Below are positions 50,145 to 59,152 of a stretch of DNA of 64,000 nucleotides, piece by piece. This stretch comes from Candidatus Eiseniibacteriota bacterium (GTDB lineage: Bacteria > Eisenbacteria > RBG-16-71-46 > SZUA-252). How positions within the stretch are numbered: the stretch's first letter is position 1; every line of letters begins with the position of its first letter. Where the stretch lies: positions 224,001 through 288,000 of the forward strand of contig OY969801.1 in NCBI GenBank assembly GCA_963703225.1, read 5' to 3'. The notes beneath the pieces were generated by a model. It worked only from the letters and a program-made list of their open reading frames with translations. It was not told the DNA's origin and did not search any database. The position numbers were made by a program, and so were the translations under genes.

Positions 50145-51281
50145 CTAGAACTGGTGGGCCTTGTGCGGGCCCATCGAGAAGATGACGCGCAGCGTGAACG
50201 TGTTGATCGAGGCTGGGTCCTCGGTCATCCCCGGCTGCCTACCCGGTGCCAGGTGGTCCCAGTCCAGCCGAAACGCGGTCGTTTCCTCGAGCAGCGCGTA
50301 GCCAATCCACAGCTTGTAGGCCTGGTCCGAGACCTCGTCGACGGTCGGCTCTTGGAATTGCTCGAATGACGCCCCAAAGTTGTACCGGATGGCAAAGTTG
50401 TAGTCGGCGTAGACGTACCCGCCAGTCGGGGAGATCGTCGTCAGGGTGTAGCTCGCGGTGGGCTCGTCCCAACCGGCGTCATCCCGCTCCAGGCGGAAGA
50501 GTTCCCCCTGGAGGACGACGTAGGAGTTGGACGACCTCCAGAGCTTGGCCTTGACGTCGGCGCCATATACCTTGGTTCGGGCCGACGCCGCGACGTTGTT
50601 CGTCCCTCCCGTGGCCGAAAGGCCGACTTCCAAACCCGAGCGCTCGCCCACTTGGGCGAAACCGGCGAGGCGTCCGTTGAACGCGGGTCGCGGCTCGTCG
50701 GGGCGGTCGCCGCCGGTGGTGGTGACGAGCGGATCATTGGGTGCTCCACTGTCCTCTCGGTCGATGCGGTAGCTGTCTCCCTGAAGCCAGTCTGCCGCGG
50801 CGGTGAGCGAGAACGTGCCCGGCATCGGGATCCGCTCCGAAAGCGATACTCCGGTCTCGTTCAGCGCCTCGTCGCCCGGGAGATAGGCCGCCATGACGTG
50901 GAAGCGGTCCGCGAACGGGTACGCATGGGGGTGCTGAGGATTCAATTTGCCGAACCCGACGCGGTACTTGCCTCCCTTGATGGCGAGCCCGCCTGGTAGC
51001 CCGCGGAGAAGCTGGAAGTAACCCTCCTCCAACTCCATTCCTTCCTCGCCGAGCGAGAGCACGAACGTGCCGCGCGCGTAAGGATTGAGGTAGGCGTCGA
51101 AATTCAGCTCCACCTCCCCCGGGTCGAGAACCGGGCGATCGTGCGCGGGATCGTTGAGATCATCGGTCATTCGAATAAAGGGCTGCCCTATGACCGAAAT
51201 GTCGGGATTCACGACGCCCGCCATCGCGGGCGCGCTCGCAATCGCGATCCATGCCAGTGCCAAGATAATTCGTCGGAACAT
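50145..51281 (-). CDS. Outer-membrane beta-barrel/porin associated with metal uptake
   Basis: AAGGAGG RBS, signal peptide, NPDISVI, EEGY, FGKLN.QHPH, C-terminal GPHKAHQF. Confidence 0.78.
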   Translation of the reverse strand: MFRRIILALAWIAIASAPAMAGVVNPDISVIGQPFIRMTDDLNDPAHDRPVLDPGEVELNFDAYLNPYARGTFVLSLGEEGMELEEGYFQLLRGLPGGLAIKGGKYRVGFGKLNPQHPHAYPFADRFHVMAAYLPGDEALNETGVSLSERIPMPGTFSLTAAADWLQGDSYRIDREDSGAPNDPLVTTTGGDRPDEPRPAFNGRLAGFAQVGERSGLEVGLSATGGTNNVAASARTKVYGADVKAKLWRSSNSYVVLQGELFRLERDDAGWDEPTASYTLTTISPTGGYVYADYNFAIRYNFGASFEQFQEPTVDEVSDQAYKLWIGYALLEETTAFRLDWDHLAPGRQPGMTEDPASINTFTLRVIFSMGPHKAHQF

Positions 51282-51490
51282 GAAGCTGTTCCTCCTTAGA
51301 GCCGTGGGTACGCTTCCGTGTGCACCGCGCGTCCGCCATGCGGCCCAAGGCCCGGCTCGAGATCGCCGGGAAAACGCCCATTTCACCCGCCGTCACGCGG
51401 GTCGGCCCAAGACCTAGAGAGGCCCGGGGCGGCGAATGGAATCGGGGTTCTTACGGACGCGCCGGCGCGGCGCGTGAAACGCTGGAAGGA

Positions 51491-51784
51491 CTACCCTTGC
51501 GGAGGAGCGCGGCTCTGGGAGGGTTGCCGGAATTCCGATTCCCAGACCTGATCGTCCGGGACGGTGATGATCGCGCGGGTGACCGCGATGGATTCAGGCT
51601 GGTATGCGGTGGGCGACGTCAGGCCCGGCGTGTGGGCCAGCGTACAGAGGGCGCAGTCGCCGTTTTGGAGCGCGCCGTGATGCTGGTGCACCGTCGTGAC
51701 GATCACGGTGCAGAGGAGATAGACCACGAGCGCGGCGCGGAGCCACGGGTGGAATCGCTGAGTGCTGAAGGTCATCGGTCGCAT
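51491..51784 (-). CDS. DUF2946/CruR-like leader protein with HQHH, CxxC and C-terminal RAPP motif
   Basis: Hydrophobic N-terminus, HQHH..DCALC, ends SRAPPQG; start 51784 or 51775. Confidence 0.75.
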   Translation of the reverse strand: MRPMTFSTQRFHPWLRAALVVYLLCTVIVTTVHQHHGALQNGDCALCTLAHTPGLTSPTAYQPESIAVTRAIITVPDDQVWESEFRQPSQSRAPPQG

Positions 51785-51893
51785 CGATTTGTCCGCCAGC
51801 CTACCGCGCCAGCTCCTATGTAACAATCGGGGAGCACCGCTAGCCTTGTCAACCCCGGACTCGAGAAGTCGGTTCCTGCGCGGAGCTTGGGGG

Positions 51894-52064
51894 TTACCCC
51901 TTTCGCGCCGCCCAGATCATCCCGACGCCCCACACAATGAGCAGAACGGGCCAGTAGCGGAGGATGCTGCCGTGGAGATATCCGAATTCCTTGAGGAGGA
52001 GGAGGATTCCCACCGCGATGAGGGTGAGCGGGAAGGCGATGCTGCTCTTTCCTGGACCGGCCAT
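51894..52064 (-). CDS. 56-aa LiaI/LiaF-like (DUF5668) membrane protein
   Basis: Below the ORF-track cutoff; AGGAGG RBS; MAGPGKSSIAFPLTLIAVGILLLLKEFGYLHGSILRYWPVLLIVWGVGMIWAARKG. Confidence 0.8.
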   Translation of the reverse strand: MAGPGKSSIAFPLTLIAVGILLLLKEFGYLHGSILRYWPVLLIVWGVGMIWAARKG

Positions 52065-52127
52065 CGATTTCCCTCCTGGATGCCGCTTCCACCGGGGACT
52101 CGCTGAAAGAGATCTACGACGCCTTCA

Positions 52128-53033
52128 TCAATCCCGGACGACCTGGACCCGCATGAAGGGGCCATCGATGACGATGGAAACCGGGCTTCCGGCCCCCTCG
52201 CCGGCCCAGTAGGAGGCTTTTCCCTTTCCGGGCGCGGAGACGTGCTCCACGAAGTCCTTGGGGTAGGAGCGCATCGTCAAGCTCGAGGTCGACTCGATCC
52301 GGGTCGGGCAGCCCGCCGGGAGGTGGACCTCCACGTCGGAGAGCCAACCGTGCACGCGGATCCGGGACGGACGCGCCGAGCCGACGGTGATCTTCACCGC
52401 CGATCCGATCGCGCCGAGGTCGCACGGCGCCGGCCTCAGGTCCGAGAAATTGATCTGGGCGGAGGAGAAGTAGGATTCGCTGTTCACGCGGACCGGCGTC
52501 TGCGACGGGGTTCCGACGCGGATCGAGCCGCCGACCAGCCCCGACTCCGTGATGCCCGAGCGCGTCGGCCAGGCGAGGAGCCCCGTCTCCTTCGAGACCG
52601 TCCACCGATGGGTCGCAAGCTCCGGATCGGTGATGCCGCGCACGCCGAGGATCAGAGCCCCGTGCGCGGCTGAATCGGCCTCGAGCGCGATCGAGCCACC
52701 CACGGCGCGGGCTTGAATCGTGACAGCCTGGACCGGAGGTTTCTTGAGATCGATCGTCGCCCGGTAGACGGTCTTCGCCTCGTCGCTGTTTCGTGAGATC
52801 CAAAACCACCCGATGGCGAAGGAGACGATCACGAGGACCACTGCGGCGATGCCGATGGCGGGGTTTCGAAGGGCGTTGGCGAGCAGGGCAACGCCGAGGG
52901 CCAGGAGGATGAACGGCCAATACTTGATGAGCCAGGGCCAGGCGCCTGCCGGGAGAAAGCCGAGCTTACCGGCGAGGAGGAGCGCGCCGGTCCCGGCGAG
53001 GGCGATTCCGATGACGAGCTTCCCGAACTTCAT
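52128..53033 (-). CDS. LiaF/DUF5668-like membrane protein with beta-rich C-terminal domain
   Basis: G.ALAG.GALLL..LG..W...KYWPFILLALGV; ATG 53033. Confidence 0.75.
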   Translation of the reverse strand: MKFGKLVIGIALAGTGALLLAGKLGFLPAGAWPWLIKYWPFILLALGVALLANALRNPAIGIAAVVLVIVSFAIGWFWISRNSDEAKTVYRATIDLKKPPVQAVTIQARAVGGSIALEADSAAHGALILGVRGITDPELATHRWTVSKETGLLAWPTRSGITESGLVGGSIRVGTPSQTPVRVNSESYFSSAQINFSDLRPAPCDLGAIGSAVKITVGSARPSRIRVHGWLSDVEVHLPAGCPTRIESTSSLTMRSYPKDFVEHVSAPGKGKASYWAGEGAGSPVSIVIDGPFMRVQVVRD

Positions 53034-53127
53034 CAGGCGGAAGCGGTACCACGCGCCGGCTTCCGATTCAAGCCCGCGATCGCGGCACCCAATCCGGCCG
53101 GCTTCGGCCGCCCGGCCAGGCGACGCG

Positions 53128-54249
53128 TCAGTACTGGCCCCCGGGCGTAAGGCCGCTCGGCACGTGCGATGGGATTGCCGCGGTCGTGGAGTCGTCGGAG
53201 AGGGCTTCCAGGAATCGGACGATCGCGGCCTCATCTTGAAAGCTCAAGTGGAGCGGACGCACTTCGGGCGCTTGGTTCGGCACGTTGAGGCCCAGCCCGC
53301 GCCCTCCACCCTGGTTGTAGAAGCGAACCACCTGCTCCAGCGTTTGGAAGGCCCCGTTGTGCATGTACGGCGCGGAGTGGGCGATGCCCCGCAGGGAGGG
53401 CGCCTTGAAGGCGTGGCGGTCGGAGACGCTCTGGGTCACTTCGTAGTGCCCCAGATCGGGATCGAGCGCGCGTCCCGTGGAATCGGCCGGGACCCCGATG
53501 ACCGTGAATTCCTGGCTCGAGAAATTGCCCGGCACGACGCTCGTCGTCAGCGGGAGAAAATGACAGCGAGAGCACTGGGCCCTTCCGGCGAATAGGTCAA
53601 ACCCGCGCCGGACTTCGGCGGGCACCGCCGCTTCCGGAATCTCACGGCGCCACCACCGGTCGACGGTCGATCCACTGGAGCGGAAGGTCCTCTCGTACGC
53701 CGCGATTGCGTGCTTGGCGTCAGGCCACTTCGGATGCGCGCTTCCAAATAGGGCGCCGAACCGCTCCCGATACTCTGGAATGGAGTCCAGCCGTCCCTCG
53801 ATGTCTCGGCGGCGCAGCCCGCCCATCTCGCGCTTGCTGTGGACAGGGCCGTCGACCTGATCTTCCAAGCTCACCGCGCGACCATCCCAGAAGAAGGCCA
53901 CCTGGTCCGAAACGTTCATGAGGCCGGGCGCGTTGCGGGGCAAATCGCCGCGGTCGATGGCGAGCGCCACGCGGCGCCCGTCGGAGAGTCCGCGGGCCGG
54001 GATGTGGCAGCTCGCGCAGGCGCGCTGCTTGTTCGCCGAGAGAATTGGGTCGAAGAAGAGCGACCGCCCGAGCGCGACCTCGCTCGAATCCATCGGCGCG
54101 GCGCGCTGATCCGGCGGGACGGCAACGCCGCGCGCGCGTTCTGAGGCGGCGCGGAGCGCGTGCTGGACCATCCGGGGCTTGCTGACCAGGAGGAGCGCGA
54201 TCAGGGCGAGGAAGAGATAGAGCGGCAACCAGGCGACGAAACGGCGCAA
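53128..54249 (-). CDS. Membrane-anchored di-heme cytochrome c peroxidase/MauG family protein
   Basis: CASCH and CSRCH, LGRSLFFDP.LS, FFWDGRA, FKAPSLR, PYMHNG; TTG 54249 right after the upstream stop. Confidence 0.9.
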   Translation of the reverse strand: MRRFVAWLPLYLFLALIALLLVSKPRMVQHALRAASERARGVAVPPDQRAAPMDSSEVALGRSLFFDPILSANKQRACASCHIPARGLSDGRRVALAIDRGDLPRNAPGLMNVSDQVAFFWDGRAVSLEDQVDGPVHSKREMGGLRRRDIEGRLDSIPEYRERFGALFGSAHPKWPDAKHAIAAYERTFRSSGSTVDRWWRREIPEAAVPAEVRRGFDLFAGRAQCSRCHFLPLTTSVVPGNFSSQEFTVIGVPADSTGRALDPDLGHYEVTQSVSDRHAFKAPSLRGIAHSAPYMHNGAFQTLEQVVRFYNQGGGRGLGLNVPNQAPEVRPLHLSFQDEAAIVRFLEALSDDSTTAAIPSHVPSGLTPGGQY

Positions 54250-54250
54250 C

Positions 54251-55858
54251 CTACCGACCTTCCGCTGTCGCGCCGGGCAGTGCGTCCTTGTCCATGCGGG
54301 TGAACGCCTCGTCGATCGCACGCTTTAGCTGCCCGCGATCCACGGATTCCCAGACACGGTCGGGGCCCGTCAGAGGCGTCGACGCGTGCAGCTGCTCCGG
54401 CGTGGCGCGCGATTCGGGATGGGTCTCTCCGTAACGCGGAGCGCCTGCCGCGCGGGCAAGCCCTGGTGCGAGCGCTTCGCGGATCGGGGCTGTGTAGTAG
54501 CCGCTCCCTCCGAGATCGGCGTCGAGCGCGTCCAGCGTCGCGCCCCACTCCGTGATCGAGGTCTGCGACGAGAAGCTCTCCTGGCCGTCCATCCTCCCGA
54601 GCAGGGTCCAACGGTGGCCAATCCACGCTGAGCGGAGCGTCGTCGGATCGAGCGTCAGGGCCGTGATCGAGCCGACCGCGACCCGGGACCGTGTGAGGAG
54701 ATCGTTCACGTCCGCGAGGAGAGAGGCCCGGGCAGTTTCGTCGCCCGCCCATGGGGCGCCTTCCGCGAAGAGCGCGGATTCGACGCCGTGAAAGCCCGCG
54801 GCCTCTCCCGGCTCTCCGTTCAGCTCCTCGGCGGACTCGCGATTGACGCGCGCGAGGAGCGGCTCGATTTTCACGAATCGGCGCCGGGCCTCGATCCAAG
54901 CGTTTCGCGCGCCCTCCACGTCGGCGTCGCGCGCCCGGTCGCGCAGCACCCCGAGCGCGGCGAGCATTTCTTCCGAGCAGGCTCCGACGCGCCGCTCAGC
55001 CGCGGTCGCGCTCTGACGGTCCGGGAGCGGTAGCCTTGCGTGCTCCCATTTCCGGGCCGCCGCGCCGAGGGATAGCGGGACGGCTGCGAGGGCCAGGGCG
55101 ATCCCGGCCGCACGGACGTAGAGGCGTGCCGGGCTTTTGGCGATGATCAGATAGAGGAACGGGGCGGCGCAGAGAAGCACCTGCAAGAAGAGGCCCCCCT
55201 GAATCCACGTCAGGTGGAAGAGGCCAATGGACCTCGGCAAGCTCACAACGCCAGCCTCCGCGAATTCGTGGAGTCCCGAAACGAAGAGCGACAGGACGAG
55301 CGCGAAGAGGAGGACCTCGGTCGTTCGCATGAACGCGCGGATATCGAGCTTGCGAAAGCCGAGGTAGACCGCGATCCCGAGCGCGGCCGCAAGCGCGAGA
55401 CCGACGGCGGCGCCGAGCCAGCTTCCGTCGCTCTTCAGCGCCGCCCCGTTGGCCATGAAGACCGCAGTCTCCAAGCCCTCACGGATCACGGAGACGAAGG
55501 CAAACGAGCCGATCGCGATCGAGGTGGCCCATGAGGCGCGCTCGGCCGACGCCGATTCGCGGAGAACTTTGAGCTGACTCCTGTAGTCGACGGCGTTCAG
55601 GTGGAGCTGGATCGCGAGCGACGCGATGAAGCCCGCGCCGATCCAGGCGAGGCTCCCCTCGAACAGTGGTCCCAGCGCGCCCAGATCGTGGAGGAACACC
55701 CCCGCGACGACGCTCAGGGCGAGGGCCAAGGCGCAACCAATCCATGCCGCGGCACGATAGGCGACATGTCGCGCGGCCTTCAGCGACGAGAAGAGAAGGG
55801 CGAGAATGAGCGATGTCTCTCCCCCCTCGCGCAGCGTGATGACCATTTCTTGGACCAA
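54251..55858 (-). CDS. FTR1/EfeU iron permease fused to an imelysin/EfeO-like (M75) domain
   Basis: REGGE and REGLE motifs; C-terminal ARNAWIEARRRFVKIEP and GFHGVE.ALF (HxxE); TTG 55858 after AAGGAG. Confidence 0.85.
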   Translation of the reverse strand: MVQEMVITLREGGETSLILALLFSSLKAARHVAYRAAAWIGCALALALSVVAGVFLHDLGALGPLFEGSLAWIGAGFIASLAIQLHLNAVDYRSQLKVLRESASAERASWATSIAIGSFAFVSVIREGLETAVFMANGAALKSDGSWLGAAVGLALAAALGIAVYLGFRKLDIRAFMRTTEVLLFALVLSLFVSGLHEFAEAGVVSLPRSIGLFHLTWIQGGLFLQVLLCAAPFLYLIIAKSPARLYVRAAGIALALAAVPLSLGAAARKWEHARLPLPDRQSATAAERRVGACSEEMLAALGVLRDRARDADVEGARNAWIEARRRFVKIEPLLARVNRESAEELNGEPGEAAGFHGVESALFAEGAPWAGDETARASLLADVNDLLTRSRVAVGSITALTLDPTTLRSAWIGHRWTLLGRMDGQESFSSQTSITEWGATLDALDADLGGSGYYTAPIREALAPGLARAAGAPRYGETHPESRATPEQLHASTPLTGPDRVWESVDRGQLKRAIDEAFTRMDKDALPGATAEGR

Positions 55859-55907
55859 ATGCCGTCTCTCCTTTGCTGCCGATCCTTGGCGCCAACGCTG
55901 CAATGTT

Positions 55908-55926
55908 ATTGAGACATAGTCTCATG
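55908..55926. promoter_or_regulatory. Fur-box-like inverted repeat
   Basis: ATTGAGA-CATAG-TCTCATG upstream of the FTR1 gene. Confidence 0.65.
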
Positions 55927-56060
55927 AGCAAACGGCAGCTCAGCGAGGGCAAGAACGTATCATTGGCGAACGGGGAGCCACCAGCGAATTTCGGGGCGGC
56001 GACTTTTCTCTTGCCATTGGCAAAGCTCCAAAACAATATCCCGACTCGAAGCCAGAGATA

Positions 56061-56079
56061 ATTGAGATCGTGTCTCAAT
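56061..56079. promoter_or_regulatory. Fur-box-like inverted repeat
   Basis: Perfect ATTGAGA-N5-TCTCAAT upstream of the porin gene. Confidence 0.7.
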
Positions 56080-56158
56080 GGTGAACAGCGAAAACATGCG
56101 CATTCGGCGCGTCCGCATCGGCCTGGATGCCGCAACCTGGAAAGGAGTCCAAACCCTA

Positions 56159-57280
56159 GTGAATCGGCATCGCCTCATTCTCGGTTGGCTTCTCTTGCTC
56201 CTCGCTCTTCCCGCCCGCACGTCGCTCGCTCAGGTATCCGTCGGCGATCGCCTTCGATTCAGCGGCTACGGTGAGGTCCACTACAACAATCCCGCGATTG
56301 GAACCATGGACGAGGGCGCTCTGGCCGAGGCCGACGTGCACCGGTTCGTGCTGGGCTGGGCCTACGATTTTTCCTCGGAGATCCGGCTGGACGCCGAGAT
56401 CGACTTCGAACACGCGGCCCAGGAGATCGAGCTCGAATTCGCGCACTTGGACTGCGATCTCAATTCGAGCCTCACCCTCCGCGTGGGGAGCGTGCTGATG
56501 CCGGTTGGGCCTCTGAATGAGTTCCACGAGCCGCCCAACTACTACAGCGTGGAGCGGCCGTACGTGGAGAGCTACATCATGCCCACGACCTGGCAGGAGC
56601 TGGGGTTTGGCCTGGTCGGGCGCACCAAGGACGGGGCGATTTCCTATCGCGGATACATCGTGACGGGACTCGATGCGCGTGGGTTCTCGGGGCTGGATGG
56701 CATCGACGGCGGTATCTCGCACGGGTTCGAGGCGCCGGCGGAGGATTTGGCAGGGGTGGCGCGCGTCGAGTACGCCTCCACCTCGGGGCTGGCCCTCGGC
56801 CTGTCCGGCTACTACGGAGGCGCGGACCAGGGGGACTCTACGATGGGGGATGTCTTCGTCGGGATCGCGGGTGCCGACGCGCGCTACCGCCGGCACGGCC
56901 TGGATGTCCGGGGCGTTTTCTACCGCGTCATGATCGATGGCGCCGACCGCGTGGGCGTCGTCACCGGCGAGACGATCGGCAAGGCGCTGATGGGATGGTA
57001 CGGCGAGGCCGCCTACGACATACTCCGCCGCGACGCGGAGGAGGGCCGGCAGCGCTCCCTCATGATTTACGGCAGATTCGAGGACTTCGACACGGAGCAA
57101 GAACTACCGAGCGGCCCCTCGTTCGTGCGCGACCCCGCGGCCGGGCGGCAGGTGATCAGCGGGGGCCTGGCGTACTACCCGATCGAGAAGGTCGCGTTCA
57201 AGGCGGACCTGGAGCACTGGACCGACGACAGCGACGCCGACCTGACCCGGTTCAATTTTGGCGCGGCGTTCCGATTCTAG
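56159..57280 (+). CDS. Outer-membrane porin (likely iron-uptake associated)
   Basis: GTG 56159 after AAAGGAG; signal peptide, GYGEVHY, EIDFEH, LNEFHEP..YYSVERP, terminal F. Confidence 0.82.
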   Translation: MNRHRLILGWLLLLLALPARTSLAQVSVGDRLRFSGYGEVHYNNPAIGTMDEGALAEADVHRFVLGWAYDFSSEIRLDAEIDFEHAAQEIELEFAHLDCDLNSSLTLRVGSVLMPVGPLNEFHEPPNYYSVERPYVESYIMPTTWQELGFGLVGRTKDGAISYRGYIVTGLDARGFSGLDGIDGGISHGFEAPAEDLAGVARVEYASTSGLALGLSGYYGGADQGDSTMGDVFVGIAGADARYRRHGLDVRGVFYRVMIDGADRVGVVTGETIGKALMGWYGEAAYDILRRDAEEGRQRSLMIYGRFEDFDTEQELPSGPSFVRDPAAGRQVISGGLAYYPIEKVAFKADLEHWTDDSDADLTRFNFGAAFRF

Positions 57281-57296
57281 GAGGATCCCCACGGTG

Positions 57297-57869
57297 ATGA
57301 CATCGCTCCGATGCGCCTCACTCGCGGTGGCGGTGGGTTTGATGCTTGCGGCAGCAGCGGCGTCGCCCGCGGCCACCAGCGGGTCCGCCCCCAAGACGGC
57401 CGCGGCGCAGGCGCCGGTCGTCAAGACCGAGCCCCCGTTCGCGCGGGTTTACCTCGCGGTCCGCGGCTGCATGTCGTGCGCGCACTGCCGGACGAACATT
57501 CGCCAAATGGTCCGCGCCAATTCGCAGGGCGGCGAGACGCAGTTCGGCGACGACCAAATCGAGGTGATCTACCCGACGCCCCGGCCCGTTCCGCTCCGTG
57601 AAGTCATCCGAAGCCTCGCCGAGAATCGTCTCCACGACCTGAGCCTGGTCGACGTGCTCTTTGACGCGCGCGGCGTGATTCACACGTCGGAGAAGGGTGT
57701 CGCCACGTTCGCGCTCGCGAAGACCGGGCAGTCATTCTCCATCGTCGTCGACCCCGGGAGCGCACGCCCACCCGACGGAACCTCGGTTCGGCTCACCGCG
57801 CGCGTCGATGGCTGGCGCGAAAAGGGAACCCTCTCGCTCCACGCCCGGGAAGTGCGCCCCGCGAACTGA
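57297..57869 (+). CDS. Exported protein with an HMA-like CxxCxxC motif
   Basis: Signal peptide; LAVRGCMSCAHC; AGGAGG RBS. Confidence 0.7.
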   Translation: MTSLRCASLAVAVGLMLAAAAASPAATSGSAPKTAAAQAPVVKTEPPFARVYLAVRGCMSCAHCRTNIRQMVRANSQGGETQFGDDQIEVIYPTPRPVPLREVIRSLAENRLHDLSLVDVLFDARGVIHTSEKGVATFALAKTGQSFSIVVDPGSARPPDGTSVRLTARVDGWREKGTLSLHAREVRPAN

Positions 57870-57996
57870 CGCTTCACCGACGACGTCGACGGCATCCCAC
57901 CAAGGGGCCCAATCTCGCTCCGGCCAGTTTCGTCATTGACAAACGGGGACCGCGCCCGAAATATGACCGCCCTACAAGGACTTACGCGGAGGGAGT

Positions 57997-58746
57997 ATGC
58001 CCGAGCTGAAAGGGAAATCGGCGCTCGTCACCGGGGGCACCCGGGGGATCGGAAAGGCGGTCGCGCTCGCGCTTGCCGAGATGGGCGCGGACGTCGCGAT
58101 CAACTTCTTCCGCAGCCGCGACTCCGCCAAGGCCGCGGTCGCCGAAATCGAGAAGAGGGGCGTCAAAGGGCTCGCGCTCCGTGCGAACATGGGGAACGAG
58201 GAGCAGATCCCCGGCATGTTCCAGGAGCTGAAGAGCGCGTTTGGCAAGGTGGACATCCTGGTCTCCAACGCCGCGCTCGGCCACTTCGGCAACGTCCTGG
58301 ACGTGAACGACAAAATGTGGGACGTCGCCATGGCCACGAACGCGAAGGCCCTTCTCTTCTGCTCGCAGGAAGCGGCCAAGCTGATGCCGAATGGCGGGAA
58401 GATCGTCGCCCTGACCTCGCTCGGCTCGCACCGATACATCCCCGGGTACGCGGCGATCGGCGTCTCCAAGGCGGCGATCGAGACGTTGGTGCGCTACCTC
58501 GCGTATGAGCTGGCGCCGAGGGGGATCAACGTGAACGCGGTCTCGGGGGGCTTCATCGACACCGACTCGCTGAAGATATTTCCTTCCTACGACGAGATCA
58601 TCCGGGAATCGACCCGCCGCACGCCGTTCGGGCGGGTTGGAACTCCTGAGGAGATCGCGAACGTCGTGGCCTTCCTCTGCACCAACCGCGCCTCCTGGAT
58701 CACCGGCCAGATCATGATCGTCGACGGCGGCTACACGCTGGGGTAG
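57997..58746 (+). CDS. fabL: SDR oxidoreductase, FabL-like enoyl-ACP reductase
   Basis: TGGTRGIG, SNAA, SLGS, YAAIGVSKAA (Y-x6-K), RYLAYELAP, TPFGR. Confidence 0.75.
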   Translation: MPELKGKSALVTGGTRGIGKAVALALAEMGADVAINFFRSRDSAKAAVAEIEKRGVKGLALRANMGNEEQIPGMFQELKSAFGKVDILVSNAALGHFGNVLDVNDKMWDVAMATNAKALLFCSQEAAKLMPNGGKIVALTSLGSHRYIPGYAAIGVSKAAIETLVRYLAYELAPRGINVNAVSGGFIDTDSLKIFPSYDEIIRESTRRTPFGRVGTPEEIANVVAFLCTNRASWITGQIMIVDGGYTLG

Positions 58747-58781
58747 ACGGTCCGTCGCAGGACGGGACGGAATTCAATCCC

Positions 58782-59152
58782 TCAGATCCTCTCCAGCTTC
58801 GGCACGGTCCGCTCGTTCGAAACGTTGCCCGTATTCAGCGTGGTCCTCGGCTCGAAGAGGAGCACGTGCGTCTCCTCGATCGGCCACGGGCATGTGCTCG
58901 ACACCTCGGGGGATGATGACGAACTCGCCGGGGCCGACCATCAGGTCCCGGTCTCGCAGCCGCATCCGCATCGAGCCCTTCACGATCAGGAAAAGCTCGT
59001 CCTCCGCGTCGTGGTGATGCCAGACGAACTCCCCTTGGAACTTCACCAGCTTGACGTAGGAGTCGTTCACTTCTCCCACGATCTTCGGCTGCCAGTGCTC
59101 CTCGAATTGCTCCTAGCTTCTCGGCGATGTTCACAACCCTGATCTCGGGCAT
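58782..59152 (-). CDS. Cupin domain protein; two frameshifts (~59113, ~58880)
   Basis: VVNIAEK / HWQPKIVGEVNDSYVKLVKFQGEFVWHHHDAEDELF..PRGVEH / VLLFEP.TTLNTGNV across three frames. Confidence 0.82.

Noticed and set aside
51815..51852. TTGACA plus a possible Zur half-site upstream of the RAPP gene
   Set aside because: No correctly spaced -10 element and only half a palindrome
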